From: Fonticula alba ATCC 38817
Taxonomy: Eukaryota; Protista; Nucleariida
DNA: 64,000 nt
Assembly (NCBI GenBank): GCA_000388065.2
Contig: KB932209.1
Strand: one strand, 5' to 3'
Every line of letters starts with the position of its first letter. Positions within the stretch are counted from its first letter, which is position 1. The translations under genes and the position numbers were made by a program. The notes below the pieces were generated by a model. The model worked only from the letters and a program-made list of their open reading frames with translations. It did not search any database and was not told the DNA's origin. Shown one piece after another: positions 12,020-26,937 of the stretch.

Positions 12020-14928
12020 TAAGAGCATAAGCAGCAGCATGGGGGCCCAGGCGCGGAGTGCCGGAAATCGGCGTTGCAGGCATGCGCGAATGGCGTACCT
12101 GTCAGGGACATCGGCACGCTCATGCCTCCCTGCGTGCTCTTCGGCCGGGCCGCTGTGTTTGGCCCCCCCCCCCCCCTTGGCCCGGCTCTTCCTTTGCGCG
12201 TCTCTCCGTCTGCCTCTTCTCTTGTCGCCGCGCCCCCCCTCCCTCCCGCCGGCGCTCTCGCGCTCCTTTGCCTTGCTGGTGTTGTCACGGCGGGCGATTG
12301 CCACGAAAGGCTGGCGCATGCTGCGGAAGCGCCTGAACAAGCCGGCAGTGTGACACCCGGTGGCAAAGGGGACGCCTGACTCGGAGTGTTTAGATGGCCA
12401 CGGCCGCAAGATGCGCCGAAGCGACGGACGCCCGATCTCTCGAAGGGAAACCGCAAAGACAGAATGGGAGACCGAGAGAGAGGGCGGGAGAAAAAGGAGG
12501 GAAACACAGAGATCGGACCACACGGCTGCGGGGGGGTACGAGGAGGCGATTGCTTCTCCCCCCCCCCCCCCCACCGCCCCGGAAAAGAAGGCCGGCAGGA
12601 GGCAAGCCCTCGTTCGCGGGTTTAGGCTGCCTGGCCATCGGCGAAGCAGTTAAGACAGGGACGTGATCCCATCCAGTCAGCCATTATTACGTGTTATATC
12701 ACGCGCTTGCTTCGGCTCCTCCAAACCCAATTTTCTTATAGACGGAGGACCGCGAGGGGGCGTTCGCCAGATGCCAGGGCGGCAGGCCCAGCGAAGAGCG
12801 CCGAGAGAAAGTGAGCGGGAATATACAGAGTGCATTTTGAACCGGGCGCACACATGCGTTGGGCACATATTTATTGTTATTGGCCGCCTCCCTTCCCGGG
12901 GCGGCAGGCGGCGGCCGGCGGCCGGCGGGCCGGGGCCCAAGCAAGGGGCCAGAGCCTGTGGTGCGGGCGCGTGTGTCGGCGCTCTCCCGGCCTGCCGCGC
13001 CCCCTCGTGCCCCCGAGACTGAGGTGTGGTGCGGCCGCCTCGGTCTTGGGTTGAGCCTTTCTCGCCGCAGCCGCCCGCCCGCCCGCCCCCCCCCCCCTCC
13101 CCCTTGGCCGGCTGATGAGTGGGGAGGGGGGCATGTCGGATTTTATGCGCGTGGGGAGGCGCAGGCAGGGGGAGTTGGTAGAAGGCGTGGCGGGAGGCGG
13201 AGGGCACCTCGGCCTGTGCCTGGGGGAGGCCCGGCCGGGGGCCGGGGATGTGCGGCGAGGTTACCGGAGTCTGGGGCCGGACTTGCTCTGGGGCAGCGGG
13301 TCACACAAGCGGGCGGCGTGAGCGGCGCGGGGCCGGGGCTGTTCTTGGTGGGAGCTCCCCCGCCGGACGCCCCAAAGGCCGGCACCGCGGCGCGTCAGGG
13401 ACGCCTCCTGCACACGTTTGCCGGGCCCCGGNNNNNNNNNNNNNNNNNNNNNNNNNNNNNNNNNNNNNNNNNNNNNNNNNNNNNNNNNNNNNNNNNNNNN
13501 NNNNNNNNNNNNNNNNNNNNNNNNNNNNNNNNNNNNNNNNNNNNNNNNNNNNNNNNNNNNNNNNNNNNNNNNNNNNNNNNNNNNNNNNNNNNNNNNNNNN
13601 NNNNNNNNNNNGGGGCAGTCTCGTGGGCGAGACCCCACCCACCCCGCCCCGGCCCCCGGGCCCCCCCCCCCCCCCCCCCCCGCAGGGGCCCCCGGCGCGG
13701 TGGTGGCCGGGAACACAATAACATCTTGAGGGGGAGAATGCGCGCCAGACGGTCCCGCGGGGGGCCTCGAGACGGCGAGTAGGGGGCCACGCCCGCCGGT
13801 CTGGCGAGCCCTCGATCGCGCGCGATCCCTCATGCCGCCGGCGCCGGCGCCGACCCCCGCGACCCGGGGGAGAGCCACACACGGGGGAGGAGCCAGCAAG
13901 AATGTCTCTCCTGGCGGTGGAATCCCGGCGCCCCGGGAACCGCCCCGGCCCCGGGTCTGCCCCGAATTCCGCCTCCGGCCGGTTGTTCTGTCTCTCTCTC
14001 TCTCACCTGATATCGGCTTGTGGGCCGAGGGGCCGGACATCCGGCTACGCTCCCAACACACGTACACGTACACGTACACACACACACACACACCCATCCC
14101 GGAGTACTTGGCTGCCCATGGGTGCGGATGCACGAATGTGTGTATGCGCGCACGCAGTACGCACACACACACACACACACATGCCCGCTCGCCGCAGAGA
14201 CGTGCCGTTCTACGCATGCTGGCATCGGGGGCGTACACTCGCACGAGCATGCCGCCCTCGCCTTTCTCCCTTCGGCGCGAGGACGCGGATGCGGGCCAGC
14301 ACGAGACCCCGTCCTTTTCTCTTTCCAGTGAAGGCGCGTCCGCCTGGAGGGCTGGCAGATGCGGGACGAGGCTATTGAGGAGAGAGCCCGGGGGCGGTTG
14401 GGCGGACAGATCCCCCCCCCCGCTTGGTCCGGTCTACCCGGGGGCTATGCGCGCGCGCGCGCGCGCGCCCGGTGCCACCAACGCAGCCGCTTCGCATCCC
14501 CCGTCCGCGCAGCCGCGCGGGAAAGATTGCCCGAGGAGCCCCTGTTGGACTCCGACAAACGACCCCGGGCCAGCCAGCGCGCGCGCGGCTGTTCAGCGGA
14601 CCAGGCCGGAGACAGGGATTTCGTCCGTGGAGCCCTCCTTGACTTGGGGGCTGCTGTTCCCGCGCCCCCCCCCCCCCCCCCTGCCCCGGGGTTGTGCCCC
14701 TTTTCCTCGGGGGCCGTGCGCGCGGTCGCCGCCCCGCGCGATCGGGTCCCCCTCTTTTCGGAAGGCAACCGGTCGGGCGGTCATTTTGGCCCTGGGCACC
14801 CTCTTTTTTCCGCCCTCCCCCTCCCTCCCGGTGTTGGCCCCCTCCCCCCCTCCCCCGCCGTTGTTTTTCGCCTCTTCCCCCCTCCCCCTCTCACCTCCCC
14901 TCCCCTGTCTCCCACCCGGTCGGCAGGC

Positions 14929-16782
14929 ATGAGCGGCTCCAACCGCCCATCAGCCGTCGGGCGTCATGACTCTCTGATCTTCTCGCCAGCTGAGGGAGCC
15001 ACCAGCTCGAATACGGCCGGCGGCCTGTCGCATGGTGGCCCGGCCGGGTCCATGGCCTTCGGCAGCACGGCCTCCCTGTCCGGCGCTGGCGCCGGGCTGG
15101 CCGCCTCCAGCGCCGGCGGCTCTTTCAGCCTGTACAGCGCCGGCGGCGCGCCCTCGGCCGGGCCCTCAGGCTCCGGTCCCGGCGGCGAGCACGCCGCTGG
15201 CGCGGGTGCCGGCCCCGGAGGCGACCCCGGCGACTGGGGCACCTTCATCATCGAGCAGCAGCCCGACCCGGAGGTCAAGCTCTTCCAGACCATCTTCGAT
15301 CTGTTCCGTAGCGAGGTGCGCGCCCTGGCCGCGTGCTCTTGCCCCGTCCGGGGGCTTTCGTGCATCTCCTCCGCGCGCGCGCCCCCCCCCACCACCCGAA
15401 TGAGCANNNNNNNNNNNNNNNNNNNNNNNNNNNNNNNNNNNNNNNNNNNNNNNNNNNNNNNNNNNNNNNNNNNNNNNNNNNNNNNNNNNNNNNNNNNNNN
15501 NNNNNNNNNNNNNNNNNNNNNNNNNNNNNNNNNNNNNNNNNNNNNNNNNNNNNNNNNNNNNNNNNNNNNNNNNNNNNNNNNNNNNNNNNNNNNNNNNNNN
15601 NNNNNNNNNNNNNNNNNNNNNNNNNNNNNNNNNNNNNNNNNNNNNNNNNNNNNNNNNNNNNNNNNNNNNNNNNNNNNNNNNNNNNNNNNNNNNNNNNNNN
15701 NNNNNNNNNNNNNNNNNNNNNNNNNNNNNNNNNNNNNNNNNNNNNNNNNNNNCCCTCTGTCTCCCGCTCGCACACTCACAGCAATGCGCACATGCACGCA
15801 GCTCCCTCTCTGGGGCGGGCTCGGTCTTGAGAGCCGCGGCATTTACACCCACATCGACACGATTGTCCGGCTGTCGGAGTGTCGGTTCATGTTCGTCCTC
15901 AGCGAGTTGGTCATGCTGGCGGAGATGTGCAGCCCGGCCCTGGGCCAAAGCAATCTCGCCTCCTCGAGTACCAGCAGCGCCGCGCTGGCCGGCTCGGCCG
16001 GGGCCTCCTTCACGACGGCCTCCGGGCCGGCCAATTCCGCCACCCTGAACTCGGCCTTCGCGGCCACGGTCGGCGGCCGGGCTAGCACCGGAGCCCCGCC
16101 GCCGCCGCTGTCCTCGCCGCTGGCCGAGGAGCTCCTGTCGGCCGGCATCGGTGTCGGCCTCGGTCTGACCATCACCGAGATCATGCAGAAGGACCAAAGC
16201 ACCGACCTCATCGTGGACCCGGTGCTGCACAGCCAGAAGCAGATCCGCTCGCAGCTGATTGTCCTCTTTGTGATCGGCCTCTGCCTGTCCCACTGCTGGT
16301 CGGCCTATCTCAAGCGTGAGGACCGGTCCCGCACGCAAACCCCGATGTTTGTCAAGTCTTCCAGCGTGGCGGCCTTCGTGCGTGTGGCATCGCCTCCTCC
16401 TCTCCTCCTCTCCTCCTCTCTTTCTTTCGGCGGATTTCTCGCCCTCCTGCCTGGGCGAGACCCCCTTTCATCGCCCTTGCTAACCCGATGCACGCTTCTG
16501 CCCGGCCTCTCCTCGGGCGACGACCCCCCCCCCCCCCTCCCCCAGCTTGATGTCCTGATCGATCCCCCCCCGATGGATCCCCTGCTGGCTGAGCGTCTGT
16601 CCAAGCTCTGTCAGCATGTCCACTCGTCGCTGCTGGCTCACATTCCCCCGGATGACCCGGCCTTCCCGACATGGTTCGCCGCGTCGCCCTACTTCTCCTA
16701 TCCCTCCACCTCGGCGGCCAGCGTCAATTCCAGCATCCTCAGTGGCTACAGTCCCTCCATCAATTTGGGGGGCGGTGGATCT

Positions 16783-16814
<32 letters not shown>

Positions 16815-17682
16815 GTCTGGGCATGGTGGCCCGGGTGGCAGTTCCGGCGGCGGCGGCGGCGGCGGCTCCGGCAGCGGGGGCTTCGGCAGCGCCAGCGGCA
16901 TGCCCGGGTCCCTGAACTCCATCAGTACTGGCGATGTGTTTGGCTCACGGCAAATTGTGTCCATGTCCGGCATCGAGTTCGCCGACCGGGCCATCCGACC
17001 GATCATCCGCTATTTGTCGGCCTCCAACTATGACCAGCTCTTCTGCCGGAAGTTCCGCAACCTGATCTCCTCATTGCAATCCCTGTCATCCAGCTCATCG
17101 GCCGAGTCGACCGAGCTCAATGAGCTGAAGCTTCTCAAGTATATGGCCCTCAATTCCACGCGTATCGAGGATATCTTCCGCTCGTTGGACTCTGTCAGTC
17201 GGTTGTGCGTCTGTCTTACTGCGCCCGGCCCGGGCTGCCATCGCATTTGCTCGCCGCCTGTCCATGTGCCTGACCCGCGTGCCCACCCCTGCCGCTGGTC
17301 CCCGACGCCCGGTGTGCTCCTCCCTGCCGGTCCCCAGCCTCAAGACCAACACCATCACCAGCATCTCCTCGCTGCTGTACACCATTGTGTTGGGCTGGAT
17401 TTCCACATACCCGCACGAGTTCATCTCCCTCTGGGATAGCCACAAGCGCTTCGACGGCACGGCCTCCCTCTTCTACAACATCAATGTCAAGAGCGAGAAG
17501 CCCAAGAGTCTGAAGCAGCCGGGCACCTGGAAGGCCCAGCTCATCTTGCTTCTCATTTCGCCGGCCTTGGTCACCCTGTACGGCCTCGGGCTTGCGGAAT
17601 TGCCCCGATCTTCCGGTCTTTCGCTCCTCGCCAGGCATTTCCCCCGAGCTGACTGTCTTCCTCTCCCCTTTGCGCATCACCC

Positions 17683-17719
<37 letters not shown>

Positions 17720-19030
17720 CCAGTGCCCTCACCCGCCACGCGAACTCTCCCACCCCCCAGCTCCCGGCCGAGCGCCTGCAAGCCATGATCCAAAGCCAGG
17801 ACCACTTGAGTAAGGCCCTGCACTTCTTCGAGCACCTGCGCAAGAGCATGCAGTCCAAGCAGCCGATTGACGTGTACCTGGCCACCTCGTGCTATGTGGA
17901 CCTGTTCAAGGTGTACACCCTGGTCAGCCCGAAGTCCAGTGCCTTCGTCCTGCAGAGCATCATCAATGAGTTTGAGGAGTTCATCGAGAGCCGGCTGTCC
18001 CGGGTGGCGGACACTCCCTTCCGGCTGATCTCCGGCAGCACGGCCTCCGAGGAAATCGACCAGAGCCTGCTGATCCAGCTGCTGACGTCCAGCTACCGGC
18101 TCCGTGCCGGGAGTGTGGTCCGGCCGGGGCTGCTGTATGCCCTGGTCAAGGACCCCAAGGCCGAGCTGATCTTCAAGCTGATCATGGCCAAGAGCTGTTT
18201 GCAGATCGCCAGTGAGTCGGGGCACCTTCCCTGGAACTCGCGCCTGTCGGCCGCGCACGATGTCATTTCGCACCCGCTGCGCATGATGTTCCTGGATCTG
18301 GAGCTCCAGCGCCGGGTGCGTCTCGGGGCGATCAATCACCTGGCCGTCAACCTGGACCCGGGGCTGGTGCAGCAGGTCCTGGAGGGTGCTCCGCCGGGGC
18401 AGCCCGGCGGCGGGACCGGGGCCAACCTCAATGTCACCCAGCTGGCCAGCATCGGCTCGGCGCCGTATTCCTGTGGATTCGGGCTCTTTTCCAATGCCCA
18501 GGCTCTTGGCCTGCGCCTGGGGCCGCTGCTCACCTCGCTCGAGCACCCGCCGAGCCACCACCTGATGACCGGGTCCTCGCGGTTTGTGTCCTCGGTCAAG
18601 GGCAAGCGCGCGGCCAATGACCAGGCCGCCTACAACCTGGAGACGCAAATCCAGCTGGTCATCCTGCGCCTGTATGTGGTGGACCCGATGCTTGCCTTCA
18701 CGGTGGCCAAGGATGTCGACCCGCACATCAAGTGCGTCTGTTTTTTTTTTTTCGGTTTTTTCCTTTCCCCTCGACCAGCTCTCGTCGTCTCCGGTGGTCC
18801 TCCCCCCCCCACACCTGCTTTTGCCCGGCCACAGTCTAATGCCTTTCGCCTTTTTTTTCCTCAACCCCCTCCCCCCCTCTGGCTGGGCGCGCTCACTCGC
18901 TCGCTCGCTCGCACGCACGCACGCCCACACACACANNNNNNNNNNNNNNNNNNNNNNNNNNNNNNNNNNNNNNNNNNNNNNNNNNNNNNNNNNNNNNNNN
19001 NNNNNNNNNNNNNNNNNNNNNNNNNNNNNN

Positions 19031-19100
<70 letters not shown>

Positions 19101-22100
19101 CACAGGCTCCTCCTTTGTACGGTGGCGTCGCACCTGCAGGATCCCGACCTGCAAGAGCGCGCCAGCCAGGTCCTGCTGAAGTTCCACGAGCCGGACCTGA
19201 TCGAGCGCTGGGGCGGAGCCGATTCACATCGGTCCTCCTCCTTCTGGGACATCACCAGTGCCGTGACCTACTCGGTGTCCAGCCAGATTGTCAACTTCCC
19301 GCAGCATGACTCTTCGGTGCTGGGCCACCTGGACGTCCTGTTGCAGATCCTCAAGCGCCGGAATGACTTCATCTCGCTGCATTGCATCGAGCTCACCAAG
19401 AAGGACCAGGAGAAGCACCTGGTCACCTCGCGCATGCTGGAGTCCACCCTGCTGATTCTCTTCTGCTCGGCGGAGCAGCGCGTGTGTGTCCTGTCGGCGC
19501 TCTGCCTGCAGGAGCTCTGTCGCGAGGCCGACAGCCTCAAGACGCCGGATGCCCCGCGCGCCGGCCGGGCCGGGGCCGAAAACTTCTCCATCTACCGGGA
19601 GCTGGTGCAGGCAGTGCTGCAGGCCCGCGGTCGGGCGGCCCTCTACGGGGCCGTGTGGCGGCATTTGCGCATGATGAAGACCCGGTCCGATGGCAGCCTC
19701 ATTTCCTGGTTGGATGCCTTCCGCCGGTGGAGTACCATGATGCCGCAGATTTCCCAGCAGGGGGCCGGCGCGCTGGTCGGCGATGAGGCGGACCTTGGGG
19801 ACCTGGCTTCGCCCGGGTCCGGCCCGACTGGCGGGTCCTCCTGGGGGAGTCTGTCCTCCAAGTCCGATGCCGATGATGACCGTCGCTTCCGTCCGTCCAA
19901 CTTGCTGACCAAAATCCGCCCTCAGCGGTGCGTGCCACGGCGTGGTCCTTCGCGGCTGGCCCTCCTTCCTTTCTTGCCCTGGGTGTCATGTTTCTTTGGA
20001 CACTCACATGTCATGGCTCCTCTTCTCCCTCCCTCCCTCCCTCCCTCGCGGTCTCTTTCTCCCCCCCCCCCCCTCCCCCTCGCCCTTCGATTTTGCCCTT
20101 CCCCTTTTCGCCCTCCCCTCTCTCCTCTCCTCCGCCTATGTCCCATGTCCCCGGTGCTTGGCATGTCCGCGCCCGATGTTGGTTTGCTTCCATTTTTGAC
20201 GCCGGTTCCCCCCCCCCCCCGATGGCAGGCCTGCGGCCGAGGCGGCTGCGGCGGCCGCGGCCGCCGATGCCGTTGATGACAGCGGCGTGTGGCTGAACTA
20301 CGTCGGGTTCCTTTGCTCCCTGGGCGGCATCTGCCTCGTCCAGTCAAAGACCTCGACCGAGAAGAACACCACCAATGACCCGAAGTACTTCATGAATGAC
20401 TTCGTCAATGGCCTCATCGACTACATGGTGTGCGACAATGTGACCATCCGCATGAAGGTCCAGAAGGCCGTGGCCATGGAGCTGTCCCCTTCGCTGTTCT
20501 ACATCTTCTTCGAGGCCCTGCTCAAGCGCTCGACCATGTACCTTGGCCGAGCCGGGGCCGGGGTCGGTGGGGCTCTGCTCAGCATGGAGCCCCCGGCGGC
20601 GGATGGCACGGACGCGGCAGCCACGTCGGCGGCGCCGGGGGCCGGTGTCGCGGCCGCCAGCGCCCCGACCCCGGGGGCCGACGCCGGCGTCTCCGCCCGA
20701 AAGGCCATCCTGCTGATCGAGCAGTCGGTCATGGTCATCAAGATGATTGTCTCGCGGTTGACCTCCTTCAGCGAGCATCTGGCCGCCGTGGATCTGACCC
20801 AATTGCTGCTGCTGTTCATGAACTACCTGAACACCGACCAGTCCAACCGGCGGCCCTTCCGCCGGGCCAAGATCACCCTCTGCCAGCTGATCGATGTGGT
20901 CCTGTCGAAGCGGGACTTCCTGGCCCTGCGGTCGGAAATCCAAATGCGCAACGACATGATCGGCATCATCATCCGGTGGATGAGTGACTTCGTCGGGGAG
21001 GCGGCCGAGGCCGGTGGAGCCGGCAGCGGGGCCGGCCCGGCCGGGCCAGCTGGCACAGGCCCCGGCTCGCAAAGCGCCTCCGGGCCCGGGTCTCCGCGTT
21101 TGTTGGAGTCCGGGCCGGCCACCGGCGCCGGGTCCAACACCGGGTCCATTGCCGGCTCGGGGGCTGGGGCCGGTGCCGGGGCTGGCACCGGTGCCGGGCA
21201 GTCCCGTGCTCCGGCCGGGGCGGGCTCCACTTCCGGCCCGAGTGCTGGCGCTGACAGCACATTGGCCAATGCCGGGGTCGGCATGGCCGGGATGGCCGGG
21301 TCTGGTACTCCGTCCGGCGCGCCGGTCGGGTCCGGCAGCATCGGCCCCGGGGCCCTGACCATCAGCGGCCCGATCGGCCTCAGCCATGTGAATGGCGTGT
21401 CGGCCTTCTCTGCCGGGGTGGCCGGGGCTGCCGGGACTCCCGGGGCGGGAGCCGGCGGGGCCGGCCTGGCCGGGGCAGCGGCCACCGGGACCGGGCCCCC
21501 GGCCGGGGGCAACTACCTCGGAGCCGATGTGGCCGGGGCCGCGCCGCACAGCGCCAACCCCGCGGTCATCGGCCTGATCATGACGCGCTACGCGCAGAAC
21601 CGCAGTGCCAAGGAGATCTACGAGTTGGACATCGCGGTGATGCGGGCGGTGGTGAGCCTGCTGCACCAGCTGCCGCTGCTGCCCACCGAGGAGGAGGCGT
21701 CCTCGGATTCCGGGGGCTTCGGGCGCTTCCGCCTGCATTTCAAGGCCCTCGAGCAGGTGATCGATCGGTGCCTGGTGCTGGACCGGTACCTGAAGCCGCT
21801 GGCCAGCGAGTCCAACATCCTCAAGGACTGGAGCTCCTTCCACTGGGATTTGCAGCAGCTCCGGGACACGGTCATCTTGGCCATCTCGCACATGCTCTCG
21901 GCCAATGTCCAGAGCGGCTTGCAGCTGTCCCTGGGCCTGGGCTACCACATCGACTCGAAGATGCGCACGGCCCTGATCCAGGTCCTGACGCACATCCTCA
22001 ACCAGGGCACGGAATTCGGGGACCTGGCGGACAATTCCCCGGAGGAGCGGTGCACCCGGCTGATCGACGCCCTGGTGGCCGACATCGACAAGTGTGCCAT

Positions 22101-25100
22101 CCTGCTGCGGCTGTGTGTGATCACTCCCTCGCAGCATTTCAGCCGCCTGTTGCCACACGTCCTGGCGGCCACCGAGCGCCGCGGTCGTGTGCTGCTCCTC
22201 ATGCGCGGGATGTTCCATCAGGAGGTCCTGTCGACGTACCTGCCGACCGAGCTCTTCCGCGCGAACTCCAACACCACCCGCATGTATGGCTTCTTCTTCA
22301 AGGTCTACGGGTGCGTGCGCGCCGGCTCGGCCCAAGGGCGGGTCTGGGGGGGGGGNNNNNNNNNNGGGGCGGGTTGTCTGTCCAAATGGGCTTGTTTTTC
22401 ACTTTTCCTCCGCCTCCGATCGCCTTCCTGTGTACTCTCCCGCGCCTCGCTCCTCCGGGCTTGTGTTCCCGCGCCTGACCCTTCTTCCCCCTCTCCCCCC
22501 CCCTCTCCCCTTCCCTCTACTCAGTTCGTCCTACCTCGATGCCATCATCGACGACTGCATCAAGCACCTGCGCGAGACGGTCCAGGCCGGGGCCGACGCG
22601 GCCGCCCTGGCCGCAGCCTCCGCCACCAACGACGGCGCCCCGGTCCCGAATGAGGCCTTCTCCGCGGCCGGGCTCTTCGAGGTGGATGCCAGCCGGCTGA
22701 CCGGGCCGGACCCCAAGCAACAGGCAGCGGCCAATGCCCAACGGCTGGTGTCGGTGGTGGGGTACTTCCTGGACGCGGTGCTCGCCTCGGCGGCCCGGCT
22801 GCCGGCGAAGATCCGCCAGCTGTACCACAGCGTGCGGGTGTCGATCGTTCACCACTTTGGCGACGCCTCGGACGATGAGCTGAAGGGCATCGGCGGGCTG
22901 TTCTTCCTGCGGGTCTTCAACCCCGGGCTGCTGTTCGCCGTCAATGAGGACGGCCTGCTCGGGGGCCAGGCCGGCCGTCGGGCGCTCATGCTCATCACCA
23001 AGCTCATCCAGAACATCGCCAACCAAATCCCCTTCAAGGCGTCGGAGCATGGGAATGCCGACGGCCTGTTGACCTCGCTCTACCGGGCATACATGCCGCG
23101 GGTGTTCACCTTCCTGGATGCGGTGTCCTCGAGCAGCGGGTCGCTTGAGGCCTGTCCCTCGGCGCAGGATCTCCTGCACCAGGCCCCGGCCCATGTGGCT
23201 TCGGCGGCGTCGGCCATCGGGGCCACCCTGACCGGTGGTGCTCGGTCCCCGGGCGACCTGGACGCCTACACGGTCAAGGGCCTGACCGACATCAACGCCG
23301 TGGTCGGTGTGTCGGAGTTCCTCTTCAAGTACCAGGAGCAAATCAGCCGCGAGGTGCACAACATCGTGTTGATGTCCTCGTCGGCCGGGCGGCCGGGCTT
23401 CAGCCGGGCGGCGGCGGCGGCCGCTGTGGCGGCCGCCGCCGTCACCGCCGCCCCGCCCATCGGCGATGTGGTCATGGCGTCCTCCGTCCGGTCGGAGGAC
23501 GACCAGGCCCCGGCGCCGGCCGGGGACATCCGCAAAACCTGGTTCCCCAAGGCGCCGGTGCCGCCGGTGGAGGCCGAGGTCAAGAGCATCGTCGGTGACC
23601 CGGCCCTCCTGCGCAAGACCATGGACGCGGTGTCCCACATGATCGTGCAGACGGGCCAGCTCCCGCCGTATGCCACCAGCGGCGGAGCCGGGCCCGGGGC
23701 CGGGCCCGGGGCTGGCGCCGGTGCCGGTGCCGAGGCTGGCCTCTTCGAGCAGTTCATGAGCCGGCACCAGGGCCGCAACACGCAGGCCATTCGCGACCTC
23801 GGGGTCTTCCGGCTGGTGCCGGTGCCCAATCGGCCGCGGCCGCTCTTTGTCTTCCTGGCCCGCAAGTATGTCACGGCGCAGGTGGACGAGTCGCTGCTGC
23901 TGTACTACATCCTGGACACCCTGCGGCCGGTGTTGGAGCGCTCCTTCGACGTCATGGTGGACTTGCTGCTCTTCCGCAAGGAGAACATCATCCCGGCCCA
24001 GTGGATCCTGCAGTTTGCCAACCTGCTGGCAGCCCTGGCGGCTACCAACAAGAACGCCGGGCAGTCGCTGAATGCCCTGTTGTTCGTGCACCCGAACAAT
24101 CTCTTCCGGAAGTTTGCCTCCACCACCCTGTCGCCCTTCTACACGCCGCAGTTGCAGGAGCGCACGCACTTTGCCGCCTCGGCGGCCGATGTGCCCGGGG
24201 ACTTTGCCACCGGCTACTCCTACCTGCTGGAGAAGATGTACTGCCAGAGTGTGGAGCGGCCCTTGCTCAAGCCGGCCAAGCTCTTCCAGCAGCTGGTTTG
24301 CATGCAAACGGCCACCGGGGACTCCTCCAATCGGCAGGACAGCGTGCCGGTGGTGTTCGGCGTCGGGGGGGCCTCCTTCTGCCTGATGACGGTGGAGGGC
24401 AAGCCGATCCTCGGCCGCTCGGCCCAGCTGGTGGATCACTACCTGTCGTCCTCCATCGAGGACATTGACCTGAGCCGGCGCACCCCGATGACCCTGGTGG
24501 TGAAGCTGTTCGATGCGCGCACGTCCACCTACACGTCGATTGTCATGCGCATGGTTCCGGGAAGCGCCGGGGCCGGTGGCGGCACCGGGGCCGGCGGAGC
24601 TGGCCCTGGCACCGCCGGGGTCGAAGGCTCGGCCGGGGTCAGCGCCTCCTCTTCCGGGTCCGGTGTCAGGCCCGGGGCCCTGGGCCGGTCGTCGATGCGC
24701 ATGAGCTCCCTGACGACTGTGGGCTCGGCCCCGAGCGGCAGTGACAACCTCTCGGTCATCGAGGAGCTGACCCTGTCGCTGCGCACCCTCAAGGAGGCCC
24801 ACGATGCCAACCTCCTGACTGACGTGGCACGGACCATCCGGCCGAAGGATGTTCCGGGCACCCTGTTGAACATGGCCCTGCTGAACATGGGCAGGTATGT
24901 GTCTTTCTCGCGCTTTTCGCTTTTTTTTTTTTCCCCTTCCGGCACGCATGCGCGTTCCTCCTTCTTTTCTTCTTTTCCGCCTTCCTTTGTGCCCCCCCCC
25001 CCCCCGGTCCGGCTCCCCTGCTGCTGCATGGCCATGCCTTGTGTGCCGGGCGCCGCTCCCTTCCACGGTCCCTGGGGATGTTGGCGGTGTCCGGCCCTCG

Positions 25101-26903
25101 GTCCTGTGTCACTGCTGCATGGGCCCCACGGCCGGGTGCCGGCCGGCCGGCCGGTCGGCCCACACACCGCGCTAACCTCGACCTTCCTCCGGCCACCCTC
25201 ACACACAACCACGCAGTGACGATCCCGACCTCCGTCTGGCGGCATATGACCTGCTGTGCTCGCTGTCGATCACCTTCCAGTTCGATGTGTCCAACCAGCT
25301 ACTTCGTGCCAAGGGCATGTGCATCCCCTCCAACAACACGTCGTTCGTGATTTCCGTCAGCCGCAAGCTCTCGGAGAAGGAGCCTCACCTGACGCTGGAG
25401 TTCCTCTTCGAGGTGCTGACCGGCTTCAAGAACTCCTCCAAGGAGATGAAGCACTTCGCCCTGGAGTACATGGCCCCCTGGCTCAACAACCTGGCGGTGC
25501 TGATGGCCCAGCGCAGCCAGGCCTCCATGGACTCCTTCAGCGATGAGGGCCCGGACTTCGACCCGATGGCCTCCACCGGCAGCAGCGGGGCGGGCGGCCT
25601 CGGCGGCAGCAACCCCGGCAGCAACCCCGGCAGCACGCTGGCCAGCCCCGGCGGCCCGGGGTCCGGCGATGTGGACGGAACGGCCGGGGCCCTTGCCCGG
25701 GCCGGCAGCAGTGCCTACAGCGATTTGGATGGCCACGAAACGGACCGGCTCATTTCGCGTATCATCCACCAGCTGGTGGAGATCACCCTCGGCGAGTCGG
25801 AGATGAACCCCTCCATCCAATCGAAGGTGTGGTACACGGTGGCCCTGTCGCCCTCGGCCCTGGGCCCGGTGCTCAATGCCTTCATCACCAAGGCCCTGGA
25901 TCATCGGTTTGGCTCGCGCGAGGCCGAGGTGATGGCCGAATCGGCGGTCACCCTGGCCTCCGTGTCGCCGGAGTCCGCGCGCGTGGTGGCGTCCATCGTC
26001 TTTTCGCGCCTGTGCTCGGCCGTGGACCAGACGGCGCGCGCGCAGAATTCCGTCCAGGCAGCCTGGGCCTGGGGCGAGATTGTGGTGCTGCTGCGCTTTG
26101 TGCTGATGCTGTCCTTCCACAATCGCCTGTGCCTGGAGGAGAATCTGGCCGACCTGCTGCACTGCATGACGGCCGTCCTCGGTGTCGGGCCGCCGTTGCT
26201 CCGGTCCACGGCCTACGGCATCATCATCAATGCGGTGCAGTCGCTCGGCACGGCCATCGCCCACCGGCCGGAGGCCGTCAAGAAGATGGCCCTGCATTTG
26301 GACGAGCTGGCCACCAGTACCTTCCTCATCCACTTCGGCCTGCGCCAGGGCAATGTCCGGGTGTTTGAGCTGTCGCGGGCGGCCGGGTCGGTCGGTGGCC
26401 GGCAGCTGGCCGGCTTGCACTTTGCCCCGCTGCACTTGAACTCCCTGGCCGACATGATGACCCGCGAGCGGGTCCCCCTGTCGGCCCTGTCGGCCTTCTG
26501 CGAGAAGTGTCTGGACATTTTGGATGTCGTGGCCATTGCCTCGCCGGACATCGCCAGCCGGACGCTGTCCCGGTGGTCGGACCTGGTGCTGTCGATTGCC
26601 TTCACCCCGCACATTGCGGTCATCCAGTCGCGCATGTTCGTGGTGCTCGGCTGCCTGACCAACCGGTCGCCGGAGTTCTCCAAGCAGAGCGAGGCCAACC
26701 TCCTGCGGGTGTTGGACTCCCTGGAGGGGGCGGTGGATCATTTGCGCTTCTTCGCCGATGACAGCCTGCTGTCGAGCGTGGCCGCCGCCCAGTCGGCCCT
26801 CAGTCGGCGGACGTCGCAGCATGCCTCGGGTGGCACCCTGTCCCGGGGGAGTGCCAGCGGGGGGGCCGCGGCCGGCGGTCCGCGCCGGGTTTCGACCGAG
26901 GTG

Positions 26904-26937
<34 letters not shown>

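Noticed and set aside
12020-14900. Additional gene between the kinase and NF1
   Set aside because: Only low-complexity ORFs, poly-C/G runs and an N gap are present, with no supportable exon chain.
20344-26822. Very long antisense ORFs (20344-22335, 22517-25066, 25299-26822)
   Set aside because: These are shadow ORFs opposite GC3-rich NF1 exons, where stop codons are rare. No recognisable motifs.
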